Part shown: positions 26,545 to 40,353 of the stretch, piece after piece
Layout: every line of letters starts with the position of its first letter
How positions within the stretch are numbered: the stretch's first letter is position 1
Assembly (NCBI RefSeq): GCF_018977255.1
Contig: NW_024704742.1
Location: 38,504,001-38,564,000, forward strand
Source of the DNA: Callorhinchus milii
Lineage: Eukaryota
DNA: 60,000 nucleotides
Reading direction: 5' to 3'
Translations under genes and position numbers: made by a program
Notes under the pieces: model-generated
Databases searched by the model: none
Seen by the model: the letters and a program-made list of their open reading frames with translations, nothing else
Told to the model about the DNA's origin: nothing

Positions 26545-27932
26545 TTGCAATTGGAAAACTGCAAATGTCACTCCATTATTTAAGAAGGGAGGGAGGGAGA
26601 AACCAGGGAACTGATATCTGTCAGCTTAACTTCAGTTGTGGGGAAGTTACTGGAGTCTCCCATCAGGGACAGAGTGACCAATCACTTGGACAAGTATGAG
26701 CTAATCAAAGAGATTTGTGGATTTGTAGGTCATGTCTGATGAATATAAATGAATTTTTTGTGGAGGTCACGAACATGGTGGATGAGAGAGTCTTTATGGA
26801 TGTTGGAAACATGAATATTCAGAAGGCATTTGATAAGATTCCGCACACGAGGTTATTAGCAAAAATAAAAGTGCATAGAATCGGAGGTAACCTTGCGACG
26901 TGGCTTGGTGATTAGTTGTGAGGCAGGAAACAAAGAATAGGGATAAAAGAAATGTTCTCTGGTTCATGGGACCTGACAAGTGGTGTCTGTACTGGGGTTT
27001 CGGCTTTTCATCATATATATAAATTTCTTGGATGAAGGAATAGAGGGTTTTATATCTGCACAGTAAATTGTGTAGATGGGAGCAGGAAGTTACAAAGAGA
27101 TTAAGACAGATTGAGTGGGCAGAACTGTGGCAAATGGAATTAAATGTGGGGAAGTGTGAGGTCATCCACTATGAATCTAAAAATAGCAAAGCGCAATATT
27201 TTCTAAATGGTGAGAAACTAAGAACTGTGGACGAGCAAAGGGATGTGGGTGTCCACATACACAAATCACTAAAAACAAGCTCATAGGTATCAAAAAGGCT
27301 AATGGGATGTTGGCTATCTCAAGGGGGCTGCAATATAAAGGAGAGAAATGTTGCTTCAGCTGTATAGAGCCTTGGTCAGACCCCACCTGGAGTACTGCGT
27401 TCAGTTTTGGGCACTGCAACTCAGGAAGGATATATTGGCTCTGGAGGGGGTGCAGTGCAGATTCACTAGAATTATACCAGGGCTTAAAGGGTTAAATTAT
27501 GAGGACAAATTGCATAATCTTGGTCTCTGTTCCCTTGAGTTTAGAAGGTTGAGAGGTGCTCTGATTGAGGTTTTTAAAATACTAAAGGGATTTGATCAGG
27601 TAGATGCAGAGAAACTATTTCCTCTGGTGGGGAATCCAGAACATGGGGCCATAAACTTAAAATTAAAGCTAGGCCATTTAGGAGTGAAATCAGAAAGCAG
27701 TTTTTCACCCAAAAAGTAGTGAGAATCTGGAACTCTCTCCCCCAAAGGGCTGTGGATCCTGGATCCATTCACATTTTTAAAACTGAGGTTTATAGATATT
27801 TGTTAGGTCAGGGTATCAAAAAATATGGGGCAAGGGGGGTAATTGTAGTTGAGGTACAGATCAGCCATGATCTTATAGAATAGCAGAACAAGCTTGAAGG
27901 GCTAAATAGCCTACTCCTGTTTCTATGTTTCT
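26545..27932 (+). mobile_element. CR1-type LINE, 5'-truncated and decayed
   Basis: QKAFDKIPH, WQMELNVGKCEVIH and LYRALVRPHLEYCVQFW motifs spread across frames; CR1-like 3' end CCTACTCCTGTTTCTATGTTTCTATG. Confidence 0.9.
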
Positions 27933-30900
27933 ATGGGCCCGTCTGTCTCAGGAACCAGACTACCAAGACCGCCACAAAAGGTTAGCTCAATTCTAACATT
28001 CCGTTGCCATGTTCATCACCAGTTTTGCTCTCATCTTTACTGCTCCCTCTACACTCTGACATGTTTTGACATTATTGTTGCAGTAGCAGATGTAAGAATG
28101 AATATTTTTCGAAACCCAGTTTTCAGAGGTGAGATATCAGTGTACTAACCCACTGGCCACCTAATGCCTTGCTCTAATGCCCTTCATTTTTTGACAGTGC
28201 AGTCCATACCCGCACTCCTCCCCCCCACCATTCTCACTTCAATAAACTTGTTTCTTTAATGTGTTTGTAGTGGGATTTCCCATTGTAGTGTTTGATATGT
28301 GATGGACCCAATGTTAGCATGTTTTCTGCTTCTTAACTGGACATAAAATACATTCAGGACTTCCTGTGGCTGCGGATCACAGCTGGTGAATAATAATCCT
28401 TGCATTCGATATAGTGCCTTATCACGTCTTTGAGACATCTCAAAGCGCTTCACAGAATATATGTAAAGTAATGACTGTGTATTTTGAATGGTGAAGTTAG
28501 GACTCTTGCAGCACTCTCACTGACGTGTCTTGGCAATGATAATAATAATCATTGCAATAAAATACAGTAATATGATAAATTATAATAATCCTTGCATTTG
28601 ATATAGCACCTGTCAAGTTGACATCTCAAAGCGCCTTATAGGTTTTTACTGTAAAGTGTAGAGACTGTGCATTTTATACAGAAACGTGGCAGCCAATTTG
28701 GATATAGCAGTGTCCAACAAACAGCTGTGTAATGAATAACCAATTTTTAGTTTCGGTGTTGTTGAGAAACTGGGAGAAACTCGTTTTTCAAATATTTAAC
28801 ATCCATCTACACAGACAGATAGAATCTCAGTTTAATGTTTCACCCGGAGGACGACGCTTCCAAAAATGCAGCACATCCCCAGCACTGCATTGGACTGTCA
28901 GTTTAGACTGTGAGCTCAATGCCTCACCATGGAGCTTCAACCCACCACATTCTGACTGAGAGATGAGAGAGCAACCGAATGAGCCAGGCTGACACTTATT
29001 AATGCACCCATTGATTTCCAGCACAAGGGGTCTGGTCTGCACACAATGGATCCGAGCAGCCAGCATCAGTTCATGATGCATAGTCTGCCACAGAGCAGTC
29101 AAAGCCGTCTCTCATCGTGTTCAGTGCAGTGGCTAGAGTGTGGCAGCAGAGTACAAAATTATTGATGGGCCGTGAATGTAAAAGCCACAATTGCTAATAG
29201 TCTTCACGCTGTGCAGGTTATACAGCAGCTGATCCTTTTCATTCCTGTTCTCATTGGCTTGGGTTTTAAAGGGACAAGAACTTTGGCGAATATTTATACA
29301 CACAGTGACTTTTGGTTTATTTTCAGATAAGGTAAGGCAGCAAAGGTTCAGGACTGCAAAGGGCAATTTCAGGACACACAATAGACCGTTTTCCTTTACC
29401 CGGGGTGTAATTAATGACAAATGGGTGCCAGGAAGGGTGGTTGAGACCAGGATGCTGGACTTATTTAAGAAACAGTTTGATATAACACTGTGATGGGAGG
29501 ACAGCGTTCTAGAAGGATGAGATCAAATAGGCCAAAAGGCCTCCTTCATCCTAACTCTTGTGCCTCTACACTTCTGGGAGCTATTGCTACAAAAAGATGC
29601 CTTCAGGAATAAATAATAATCCTTGTATTTGATATAGTGCCTATCATATTGTTGAGATGTTTCAAAGCACTTCACAGAATATACTTTTGTATATTTTGTG
29701 GGTGAAATGTTGTAGCCAATTGCACACAGTAGTGTATCACAAACAGTTGTTGATTGAGTGACCATGTTTTTTTTGAAGGGATTATTTTGAAGGGATTTCC
29801 CCCGGAAAGCAATCCACCAATTGACTAACAACTTGGTTCCTATTTATTGTTAGGCAAAGAAGAATAGTGTTTATGGCAGAGAGGTATTCCGAACCTGAGA
29901 AACATCAGGACTAAGATATTTTGAGATGGTTCTCAAACAAATGCAGTCTTCTTCTTAGCTCTCAGTTCCTTCTGAGTTGCTAGATGATAGCTGGTCTGAA
30001 TTCAGTAAACTGATTGTCCCTATGAGCTCTATCTCGCCTTTTGTTACTGCTGCTCTCTGGGCGGGATAGCATGCTATGGTCCCAAGTGCCATGGAAACAA
30101 AAGCATGTCACGCAGAGCAAACAGATCTGTGCAGAGTGACTCATCAAACAGGAGGAAAAACAATCAGCAGCAGTTGAGTCCTGGCCGGAGTTACCTTTAC
30201 CATCATTGCACAATAACAATAATAATCCTTGTGTTTGTTATAGTGCCTTATCACATCGTTGGAACATCTCAAAATGTAGTGATTGTATTTGCAGACGAAC
30301 CCAACAGCCAATTTGCACACGGGAATGTCCTGCAAATGACTGATATAGACAACGAAATCTCAGATATTTTATTGATTTTAAAAAAGGACATTTTCTCAAT
30401 GTTCCAGTCGTTGCGCTAGGGGACCCCTGAAAGCGCAGTGTGAAAAGGCCCTCTTGGTGCAGCACATAAGGAACCGCAGGTTACTAATTTTAATACACGC
30501 CAGTGTTGAATTCGTTGATCTTAATGGGGAGGTGGGATGGACGGCTGCAATTGGCCTCAGCATTCCTGAATTAGGGGAGAGTCAGCCTGTTATCAGTCAT
30601 GATTCCTACCCAAAAAACGCTGCTGGAAAGTGATGTGCGTGTGCATGTATGTGTCTGCTTGTTATATGTGTTTGTGTGTATTTATGTATGTTTATTACGT
30701 GCCTGCGATGTGTGTGTGGAGGGGGGGGGAGTCGGCAGGACGCTATTAGTTGAGAATAGCAGCTCAGGACGTAACCATGATGTCCTATGCAATCAAATAA
30801 CCTGCCCTGACTTGCTGTCAAGACTCATACTTCTTTTTGAATAGCCGGGTGACTGACACACGTGGAAACCCATCACCATGCTTAAAAGTATCCAAATGAG

Positions 30901-30989
30901 ACTGAGAGTACCACATATGTATACTTATATATACATGTATCTATATAAGTACTTATATATCTACTGACACATGGAAATGTCACCTGTCT

Positions 30990-31860
30990 GGAATGGAAAA
31001 GGCACTCTCCTCCTGGAGACACAGTCGACCCCGGCCTCTCCTCCCTCATCCACCTTAGTGAGACCTGATTTGAGTCCCACCTAACAATGGGGTAAACTTC
31101 CACATATATGCGGATGACACACAAATCTACTTCTCCTCCCTCCACCACCTGCAACTCCAGGTCCGTTGATGTTCTGTCAGCTTGTCTGGCAGACATCAGG
31201 GCCTGGATGAACGAAAACTTCTTGCAGCTAAATGTCGACAAGATGGAAGCCATACTCCGTGGCACCCGTCAAAGTCTTCAGCTTGCAGCCCTGAACCTCC
31301 TCAACCTCCCTGGCCTATCTCTCAGACTTACTGAACTGGTACGTAACCGAGGCATCAGGTTCGACTCACAGCCTATACTTCCTTCCCCACATCTGGTCCC
31401 TGACCAGGAACAGATTCCTCCACCTCCGCCATATTGTCCACCTCCCACCATACCTTACTCCAGACGCAGCTAAAACACTCGTCTATGCGTTCGTCAACTC
31501 CTGACTCGCCTTTTCAAATGCCTTCGTCACCAATCTCCCCAGCTCAGTATCCACAAAATCCAACTAATTCCAAACTCTGACGCCCGCATACTCACCTGTA
31601 CTAAACTCTGTACCCTCATAACACCAGTTCTAACTAGACTCCACTAGCTCCCTATTGCAGGCTCCATTGGCTCCCTATTGCCGAATGGAACGATTTCAAG
31701 ATCCTCACACTCATCTTCAAATCCCTTCATGCCCTGGCACCTCCCTATCTCTTCGACCTGCTTAATCCCCAACCCGCTACCTGCTGCCTCCTCTTGGACC
31801 GTGCCTTCGGCCACTCTCCTACTTTCCCTGCCCTTCACCTTCCCTGAACTTAATCCCCAT
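30990..31860 (+). mobile_element. L2 LINE RT/3' fragment, decayed
   Basis: FHIYADD at ~31098-31118, then ACLADIRAWMNENFLQLN; multiple stops and frameshifts. Confidence 0.85.
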
Positions 31861-33064
31861 CCCACCCCCCCCAACCTTCCCACCCCCACAATTATGTTCC
31901 TGAGACAGTTTGACTTTTAGTTCTCTGTTATATCAGCTCCAGTCACGTCCTCCTGCCTTTTGATCAGACTTATATACTACATCAAGAGACAGAACAAAAC
32001 ACAACTGTCAAACAGGAGCCAGAATAGCCAGGGAGAAAAAATGAAAACTGCATTAAAGGGAGAGACTAGAGAATCAGAGTCTGTAGTTGAATCTTTAAAA
32101 TCTTTTAAAAGGCAATTACATAGATACTTGAAGAGGAGGAATATTAAAGGCTGTGGGAGAGTGGGATTAGATTGGCTCATGTGGAGAAAAACACCAACGC
32201 AGGCATGTGGCTTGATCTTGGCAGTAATATTCAATAGGCCCATATTTCCACCTAGTGTTAGCCACTAAGACCATTTTGTCTTAAATTGTAGAAAATGGAG
32301 AATTGCTGAAAAATCGTAAGTTCACAATGTGCTTATTACATTGAAGATGTTATGAAGCATCTAATTTTTCCATCTATTCCTAAAGACTGTTTGTGTGTAT
32401 AAAATCCCCAACAATCCAACTTCGACTTTGTCCACTAGATTTTAGTGGACAAAGTCGGAGTTGTTTCATTGCTGATCTTGACCATTTAGTGCTTGGGATA
32501 CCATCTTAACTAGACTGGGAGCTCATAGGCATCTTGCAGCTGGGGGAGGGAGGGGTTGGTCAGTTGGGTATCTGACACATGCAAAACTCAGGACCATGCT
32601 TAAAGTTCCAACTCGAAACCAAACTACTGAGAATTTCTACATATGACTCTGTGTCTGGAATGGAATGACTCTCTATTCCAAAGGACATGAAGCAAGCAGA
32701 TGTTATTTCCATATTCAATAGAGGTTTTCACTCTATGGCTGTTTGTGGGACACTATTGTGTGCAACTGGCTGCCGTGTTTCGTCCACAAAATACACAGTC
32801 AGTGCAATTTAGGGTATATCCTGTGCAGCTGTTTGAGACATCTCAACGACGTGATAAGGCGCTATATCAAATGCAAAGATTATTATTATTTTATAAGAGT
32901 AACAAAACCTCACCTGACATCTGTGGAAAATAGTTAATAATAGCAAATTACATTTTACTATCTGGATTTTTTATATTTTAATGAAGTGCTGACAGGGAAG
33001 AGAAGGGGAATGGGATTCAAAGATCTGACAAGATCTAATAAACTGGTGGAACAGGCTCGATGGG

Positions 33065-34400
33065 CTAAATGACCTCATTGTTCCTGTTTTCCTCTGCTCC
33101 TATGCTTCTAACTATAGACCCATTAACCTGTCCTCAATAATTGAAAGATTTATTGAGTCAATTGTTGGAAAGGAAGTGACAGATTATATAAAAATAATAA
33201 ATAAATGACAGGTAACTTGGGTTCAAAAATGGTAGATCTTGTCTGACCAATACCATAGACTTTTTTTTAAGGAGGTAACAGCCCAAGTTCACTCTGGGAA
33301 GCCATATGACATCAAATATTTAGACTTCCAAAAGGCATTTGACAAAGTACCATATGAAATATACCTTCATAGACTGTGATCACTGGGTATCAAGGGCAAG
33401 ACATGGACATGGATTCAGAATTGGCTGAAGGGAAAGAAGGAGAGGGTATTTGTTAGCGGAGCAAGGTCAAAATGGAGTTAGGTATTAAGTGGGGCCCTTC
33501 AGGAGTCCCTACTGGGACCCCTCTGATTTCTTGTCTAGTGTAAATACTGTAATTCAATTTGTAGATGACGCCAAGTTGGGGGAAACTGGAATCAGAGGCG
33601 ATAGCAAAGGTCCTACAAAGAGAACCTGATAGGGTATGCACATGAGATGATAACAGGTAATTTAAGTTTAATATACATAAGTGTAAAGTACTAGACATAG
33701 GTAATAAGACTAGGAAACACAAGTACTACATAGATGGGATGGAAGGTTCCCAGGGGAAAGCTAAAAGCGATCTAGGGATGTTGTTTGACTCATCATTTAC
33801 TGTGTCAAAACAGTGTGAGGCAGCAATAAACAAGGCAAATAAGAAGCTGGGCTCTGTTGCTAAATCAGTTGAGTTTAGATGCAAGACGTCATACTCAGCC
33901 TGTTCAGTGTTCTGATCCGGCCTCACCTTGAATATTGCATACAGTTCTGGTCACCATGACACAAGCGGGCTGCTCGGGTCCTAGAAGTAGCAAAGAGGAG
34001 AATGACAAGGATGATCCCCAGTGTTAGAGGAATTACTAAGAGCAACCATTAGCCAAGCTGGACCTCTTCAGTCTTGAGGGAAGACAACACAGAGTGGTAT
34101 AATTGAGTTATATAACATTTTAAATGGAATTGGAAAAGTGAACCCAGAACAATACTTCAGCATGAACCAAGACAGTAGAACAATAAAACATAAGTCTAGA
34201 TTGCAGCAGGCAATTTCAGGACAGATACCATAAAGGTTTGCTTTGCCCATAGGATAATTAATAAGTGGAACAGTTTGCAGGGAGTGGAGTTTGAGGCCAG
34301 GACATTGGATTAATTTAAAAAATAACTTGGTGCTGTGATGGGAGGACACTAGGGTGAGGGAATGAGATCAGATGGGCCGAAGGGCCTTCTTCATCCAAAC
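33065..34400 (+). mobile_element. CR1-type LINE fragment, decayed
   Basis: YRPINLSS, GRSCLTN, YLDFQKAFDKVP, FVDDAKLG and RPHLEYCIQFWSP motifs. Confidence 0.85.
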
Positions 34401-34734
34401 CAATTTTGTGATCTTCTCTTGTGGATGAAATATTAAACCAAGGTCTCATCTGCCTGTTCAGGTGAACTTTAAAGATGCCATGGTAATTAGTTTGAAGGAC
34501 AGGCAGCGCTCCCAGGCTCCAGAACAACATTCTTCCCATCTCTATATTCCCAAAAGGCTAGTTCATCACTGTTTACGAGACATTGTTGGTGAAGAGTAGC
34601 TGCTGTGATGGACTAGTGTCTACTGTTCAGAATAACTCATTGTGTGATGTGATTGGTGACTTTGCGATGAGGCAATTGCTGTTTTATAATCATCTTTGTA
34701 CCCTAAATGGTTCTGCCCTCTTTCTCTCCTGCAG

Positions 34735-34940
34735 AATGATATTTACGAGTGGTCGCGGGACCACCGAGTGCACCACAAGTATTCTGAGACCGACGCTGAC
34801 CCTCACAATGCCACCCGTGGCTTCTTCTTCTCTCACATCGGTTGGCTCTTTGTACGAAAACACCCGGACGTGACTGAGAAGGGGAAGTGTCTGGATGTCA
34901 CTGACCTCCTTGATGACCCTGTTGTTGTGTACCAGAGAAG
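34735..34940 (+). CDS. SCD5: SCD5 exon 3 (206 nt), His box 2
   Basis: Acceptor tctcctgcag; NDIYEWSRDHRVHHKYSETDADPHNATRGFFFSHIGWLFVRKHPDV...; donor AG|GTGAGC, phase 2. Confidence 0.97.
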
Positions 34941-35215
34941 GTGAGCACCGGGGAGTGAGGTTAAAACAGGGCAGTACGGTCAAGTGGAGGAAGTGGACTG
35001 TGCACCAAGGGTAAAAAGAAGCAGTTACACTGCTATCTCCAGTGCACTGAGGAAATTAATCAGGTACTACTGGAGACCAATATAACAGCACCACAGGTGG
35101 CGAGGTGGGGCTGACAACCTCAGACATCATTTTGTTCACAATGGATTATTGTGAATTTTGCCAATCAACCGCCAACAATCCGTTGAATAGTCATTTAAAA
35201 TAATTTCTTAGGTAT

Positions 35216-35362
35216 TGGCCTGGCTCAGTTGGTAGCACTCTTGCCTCTGAGTGAAGGTTGTGGGTTCAATCCCCACATCAGAACCTTGAGTTCATAGCCT
35301 AGGTTGACACTCCAGGGCAGTGCTGGGGTAAGCTGCATTGCTGCATGAGACATTAAACTGAG
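35216..35362 (+). mobile_element. Deu-core SINE 5' half, interrupted by the L2 insertion; resumes at ~36937
   Basis: Head GGCCTGGCTCAGTTGGTAGCACTCTTGCCTCTGAG...; the core continues after the L2 tail. Confidence 0.7.
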
Positions 35363-35368
35363 AGGCGG

Positions 35369-36939
35369 ACTCCCACCCTGAAAAAACCCTCCCTTGATGC
35401 GTCGCAGCTATCAAGTTACCGGCCCATCTCCAACCTCCCCTTTCTCTCCAAGGTCTTGGAAAGAGTTGTCGCCTCCCAACTGCGCTCTTTCCTTTCCACC
35501 CATTCTCTTTTCGAACCCCTTCAGTCAGGTTTCCGTGCTGCCCATAGCACAGAAACTGCCCTGGTCAAGGTCACCAATGATATCCTGACCATCTGTGACC
35601 AGGGCTCCCTCTGTCTCCTCGTCCTCCTCGACCTATCGGCAGCATTCGATACGGTCGACCACGCTATCCTACTCCACCGCTTGTCCTCCCACCTCAACCT
35701 TCAAGGCACTGTCCTTGAATGGTTTAGGTCGTACCTTTCTCACCGTCTTCATTTCGTCTCGACGAATGGCTTCTCCTCCACCCCCCGCACTGTCTCATGT
35801 GGTGTCCCTCAGGGCTCTGTCCTTGGTCCCCTCCTCTTCACCCTCTATATGCTCCCCCTTGGTGACATCATCCGCAGACATGGAGTTAACTTCCACATGT
35901 ATGCGGATGACACCCAACTCTACCTTTCCTCCTCTACTCTCAACTCCACGACCACCGATGTCCTGACAGCCTGCCTGTCCGACATCGAGTCCTGGACGAG
36001 AGACAACTTTCTTCAGCTCAACGTGCGAAAAACCGAGGCCCTCCTGATTGGCTCACGTCAGCGCCTCCGCACCTCAGGCGCTGACACCATCAGCATCCAA
36101 GGCTGCACTCTCCACCTCTCAAAGCCAGTCAGGAACCTCGGCGTTTTGTTCGACCCTGAGCTGTCCTTTCTCCCTCACATCCGCACCACAACTGGCACCG
36201 CCTTCCATCACCTCCGGAACATCGCCAGACTACGGCATTACCTCACCCCTCACGCTGCTGAAACCCTGGTCCACGCCTTTGTCACCTCAAGGCTGGACTA
36301 TGGGAACTCTCTCCTCGCCGGCCTTCCCGCCACCTCCCTCCACAAGCTGCAGGTCATTCAGAACTCTGCAGCTCGTGTACTGTCCCGCACCAGGCTTCGG
36401 GACCACATCACTCCCACCCTCGCTCGCCTCCACTGGCTCCCCATCCCCCAGAGGATTGATTTCAAGATCCTCATCCTCACCTACAAGGCCATTCACGGCC
36501 TTGCTCCCTCCTACCTCTCCGACCTACTATCCCCCTACCTACCTGCCCGTACCCTCCGTTCCTCTGGCTCCGGTCTGCTCCACGTCCCCCGGCCCAACCG
36601 CCCTACCATCGGTGGTCGGGCCTTCAGCCTCTCAGCCCGAGGCTCTGGAACTCCATCCCCCAGTGCCTTCGCCGCTTCCTCCCTTTCCTCCTTCAAGGCC
36701 GGTCTCAAAACCTTTCTCTTTGACCGTGCCTTCAGCTCCCCTCTCGACTCTCTCCCCCTCCTCGCTCCCTCCCTTCCCTCCCCTCACCCTGACCATTTCC
36801 CCCTCCTCGCTCCCTTCCTCCCCTCACCCTGACCATTTCCCCCCTGCTCGGGTCATGACCCAACTGTGCAGCGCCTTGGGACGTCCTCCTGACGTGAAAG
36901 GCGCTTTATAAATGGAATCTTGTTGTTGTTGTTGTTGTT
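35369..36939 (+). mobile_element. Young 5'-truncated L2 LINE with open RT domain and (GTT)n tail
   Basis: Open frame from ~35371 ([18 protein letters not shown]) through [25 protein letters not shown] and YADDTQLY; 3' UTR followed by (TTG)n at ~36919-36939. Confidence 0.95.
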
Positions 36940-38149
36940 AACGATTCTATGACGTTATTCGAATAGAGAAGGGAGTATTGGGGGATGTGTGTGTGTGTGT
37001 GTGTTGGGGGGCAGGGCGGGGCTTATTGCCAGCCAGTGCTTATCCTTAAAAAAATTAAAATCAATGTGCGGTGATCTCCAGAGAAATGAAGGGGGACGTT
37101 AAAGATTCTGTGATGTTATTCGAATAGAGAAGTTTCTTTTGGCTTCCTGGCTACCAATCCTCCAGGTAAAATTAGCTATTCACTTGGTCTTAAAATTTAA
37201 AAAGAGGAACATTGTTTCTTTTGGCTGTTGGGCTGCTTTTAGAGCAATGAGAGGGAGGAATGGCCTATGGCTTCAAGCTGAACACAGCCTGAATATCTGA
37301 CGTGAGGATAATTGGATTTTTTTTTGCCTTATAAAAAATTTAAAGATAGTTATCTGCATTATGCAAGTGACAAAGCTGGCTCTTCTGTGGCAGATTGCTC
37401 GTTTGTGCTTCTTACTCTTGGGTGAACACTCCAGTGTCATTCACAGCCTTGCCTTTCATACAGTCTCTCCCTCCCCCAATGGATCTCCCCATTCCCTGCC
37501 CCCACCCCACCTCGGAGATACAAGGATTGAGAGCAACAACAATCAGACAACAACTATTCAAGAAAGTGACCTTCACGTAGGATAGTGTCTCAGAATGCTT
37601 CACAATGGCGAGGTCAGACTCTGAGCAAGAGAGAAGGGATAGAGGGAAGTGATAGAGAGATAGATAGATGGACGAATGGACGGACGGAATTGCACTAGTA
37701 TAATCTAGGCTGACACTGCTGAATTGTTGGAGATGCCGTCCTTCAAATGAAATGTTAATCTGAGATCCCTTCTGCCTATTCATGTTAAAGATTCCATGGC
37801 ACTATTTCAAAAAAGAAGGGAATTATTTCTCCCAGTGGGCTGGTTAACAACACCTCCCCCGCCCCCCACTACCACCCCAAATAAAAATTGTTCATTCACT
37901 TTGTGGTTGTCTGTGAGATATTGCTGTGTGCAAATTGGCTGCCATATTTGCCCACAAATGCACAGTCATTACACTTTGTAGTATAATCTGTGAAGCGCTT
38001 TGAGATGTCTTCCTGATGTGAAAGGTGTTATAGAAAAGATTATTAATATTAATGGAGTGGGGGTGGGGATGGAGAATGTGCGGCAGGCCCAAGTAAGTTG
38101 AGTCCAGGAGGCTAGCAGAGAAGTGAGGAAGGAGAAGATACAATACACT

Positions 38150-38500
38150 ACAAAATACATTTGTAAAGTGCCTTTGATGTAGGGAGGACGTCTCTCTTCC
38201 TCAGGGAGGGTAGGGGGGTGGCCGAAGGCACGATCGAAGAGGAGGATCTTGAGGCTTGCCTTAAAGGAGGCAAGGAAGAGAACGGGGTGAAGGGAATGTG
38301 GGAAGGCGTTCCAGAGGGTGGGAACATGTTGAAAAGGAGAGGACCGAGGACAGAGCCCTGAGGAATACCGCACAAGACAGTGCAGGGGCTGGATGAGAAG
38401 ATAGGGACGTGCTAGGGCTTGGAGGGATTTATAGGTGAGGATGTGGACCTGAAAGTCAAACTGTTTAGAGCCAGTGAAGCCTGGTGAGGACTGGGGGGAT
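38150..38500 (-). mobile_element. L2-derived composite fragment (internally deleted)
   Basis: [14 protein letters not shown] joined directly to the PTLWNAFP..LKILLFDRAF 3' region. Confidence 0.65.
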
Positions 38501-38589
38501 GAGCATGTGGAGTTTATCTAATCAGACTTTAGTTACATTAACAAAGTAATTTAACAGATGACATACTTCAGATTTCTACTGGGGGTGGA

Positions 38590-39123
38590 GAGCTCTCTGC
38601 CATACACAAAATTCAAATAATTCAGAACTCCGCTGCCTGGATACAAACTCGTACAAAACTCCGTAACTCCATTAAACCAATCCTTGCCAGGCTGCACTGG
38701 CTCCCAATTACCAAACGGATCAACTTCAAGTTCTTTTCACTCGTTTTCAAATCCCTTCATACCCTCGCACCTCACTACCTATCTGATTTTCTTACCCCTC
38801 ACTCCACCACCCACTGCCTCTGCTCAGCCGGCTCCAGCCTCCTCTTCGTCCCTCACCCCCTCCACTCCACCATTGGTGGTCATGCTTTCAGCCACTACAC
38901 CCCGAAGCTCAGGAACTCTCTCTCTCAAATGGAAATCTCCCCGCTTTGCACCCTCCCTTCCCAATTTCAAATCCCGCCTAAAGACCTTCCTTTTTGATCG
39001 TGCTTATGGTCACCTCTCCCCTCCCTCTCGCCCTGGCTCTGGGTCAGACTCCGCCACTGTCAAGCATTCCGGGACATTACCCCATGAAGGGCGCTATATA
39101 AATGCAAGTTGTTGTTGTTGTTG
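38590..39123 (+). mobile_element. L2 LINE 3' fragment with (GTT)n tail
   Basis: [28 protein letters not shown], then GGCGCTATATAAATGCAAG(TTG)n. Confidence 0.85.
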
Positions 39124-39899
39124 CTTCTTGCCACCTAGCACGATGGATGGGGAGTCAAGCCAGTGGATTGGCATACCCCCAGGGTTACCAGTGTATCTGG
39201 TGTGAGCCCCCTTGTTTGCACTGGGGAGCATCATGTTTGCAAGGTATGACTTAAAAAAACAAAAGATCACACTGCATTTTGGCAGATTGGTTTAAATATG
39301 TTTAGTTGCGGTTAGAAATGTCAGTGGTTTTGAAGTGGGCACAATGAAGCAGTCTGTAGCTGCTAGGGTGTTCTGTGGGGATGTTGCTGCCAGAAAGGAT
39401 TAAGAAACATGTCCCTTTCTTCACATATTTCCTTTTCTCGCGGTTACCTCGTAAATAAGTAAAGGATTTGTTGACCTAAATTTCGCAAGTGATATAGCGC
39501 TGTATAACACCGAGAGGCTCAGAGAATGATCATGTACAAGAAGATTAAAGTCTATGGCTTAATTCACATGCATTTTTAATGAAAAGCTGAACTGACCTCC
39601 AGATGCGTTGTTTATTTCAGGCCTGTGAGCTCTACTCAAGCAGTGTTGAATGAGATCCAAATGCTGAATGTGAATGTGTGCTCATCTGCGTGGTGACTTG
39701 CTGCATGATGACAGTGCACAATCGCTGGCCTTATGTTCCTGCTCCCTGTGAGCACGGACCTTGACTCCGCCATGGATCATGGTGTTAACCGACTGGAGAT
39801 AATTAGATTGCAGCCACTGGAGGGTAAAATGGATCAAACGTTCATTTTTACACTGGTGTGCACCAGTTGCTTTAACCCTTTGAAACCTCACAGTTTAGG

Positions 39900-40225
39900 C
39901 AACACTTCCAGTGCAGCACGGTACGGGTTGCAAGTTAAACTGGTTTGGTTGAGACGTTAAACTGAGGTCCTCTTTGCCTGTTCAGGTGGATGTTGAAGAT
40001 CCCATGGCACTATTTGAACAGAGAAGGGAGTTTCTCAAGGTGTCCTGGTCAACAATCCCCCAAATAAAATTGGTCACTCACTCCATGGCTGTTTATAGGA
40101 CATTGTGTGCAATTGGCTGCCACATTTCGCCCACAGAATCTAGGCAATCCACTTTACAGTATATCCTGTGAAGAGCTTTGAGACTTCTCAAGGATGTGAT
40201 AAGGTGCTGTATCAAATGCAAAAAA
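39900..40225 (+). mobile_element. Deu-core SINE copy (5'-degraded)
   Basis: GAGACGTTAAACTGAGGTCC..TGTTCAGGTGGATGTTGAAGATCCCATGGCACTATTTG core plus tail. Confidence 0.7.
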
Positions 40226-40353
40226 ATGTTAATTGTATTGTTTGAATAATTCTCCTGCACTTCTCATTGGCTTTCGTTGTTCTTATTTTAACCAAGGACC
40301 CCTTGTTCTAGTTAACCTTGTACAATGAAAGCCTCTATCAGCAGATAGTGATA

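Noticed and set aside
35456..36832. 458-aa reverse transcriptase ORF as a host gene or novel RT system (retron/DGR-like)
   Set aside because: It is a 5'-truncated L2 LINE ORF2 with a typical 3' UTR and (GTT)n tail, and many decayed relatives occur in the window.
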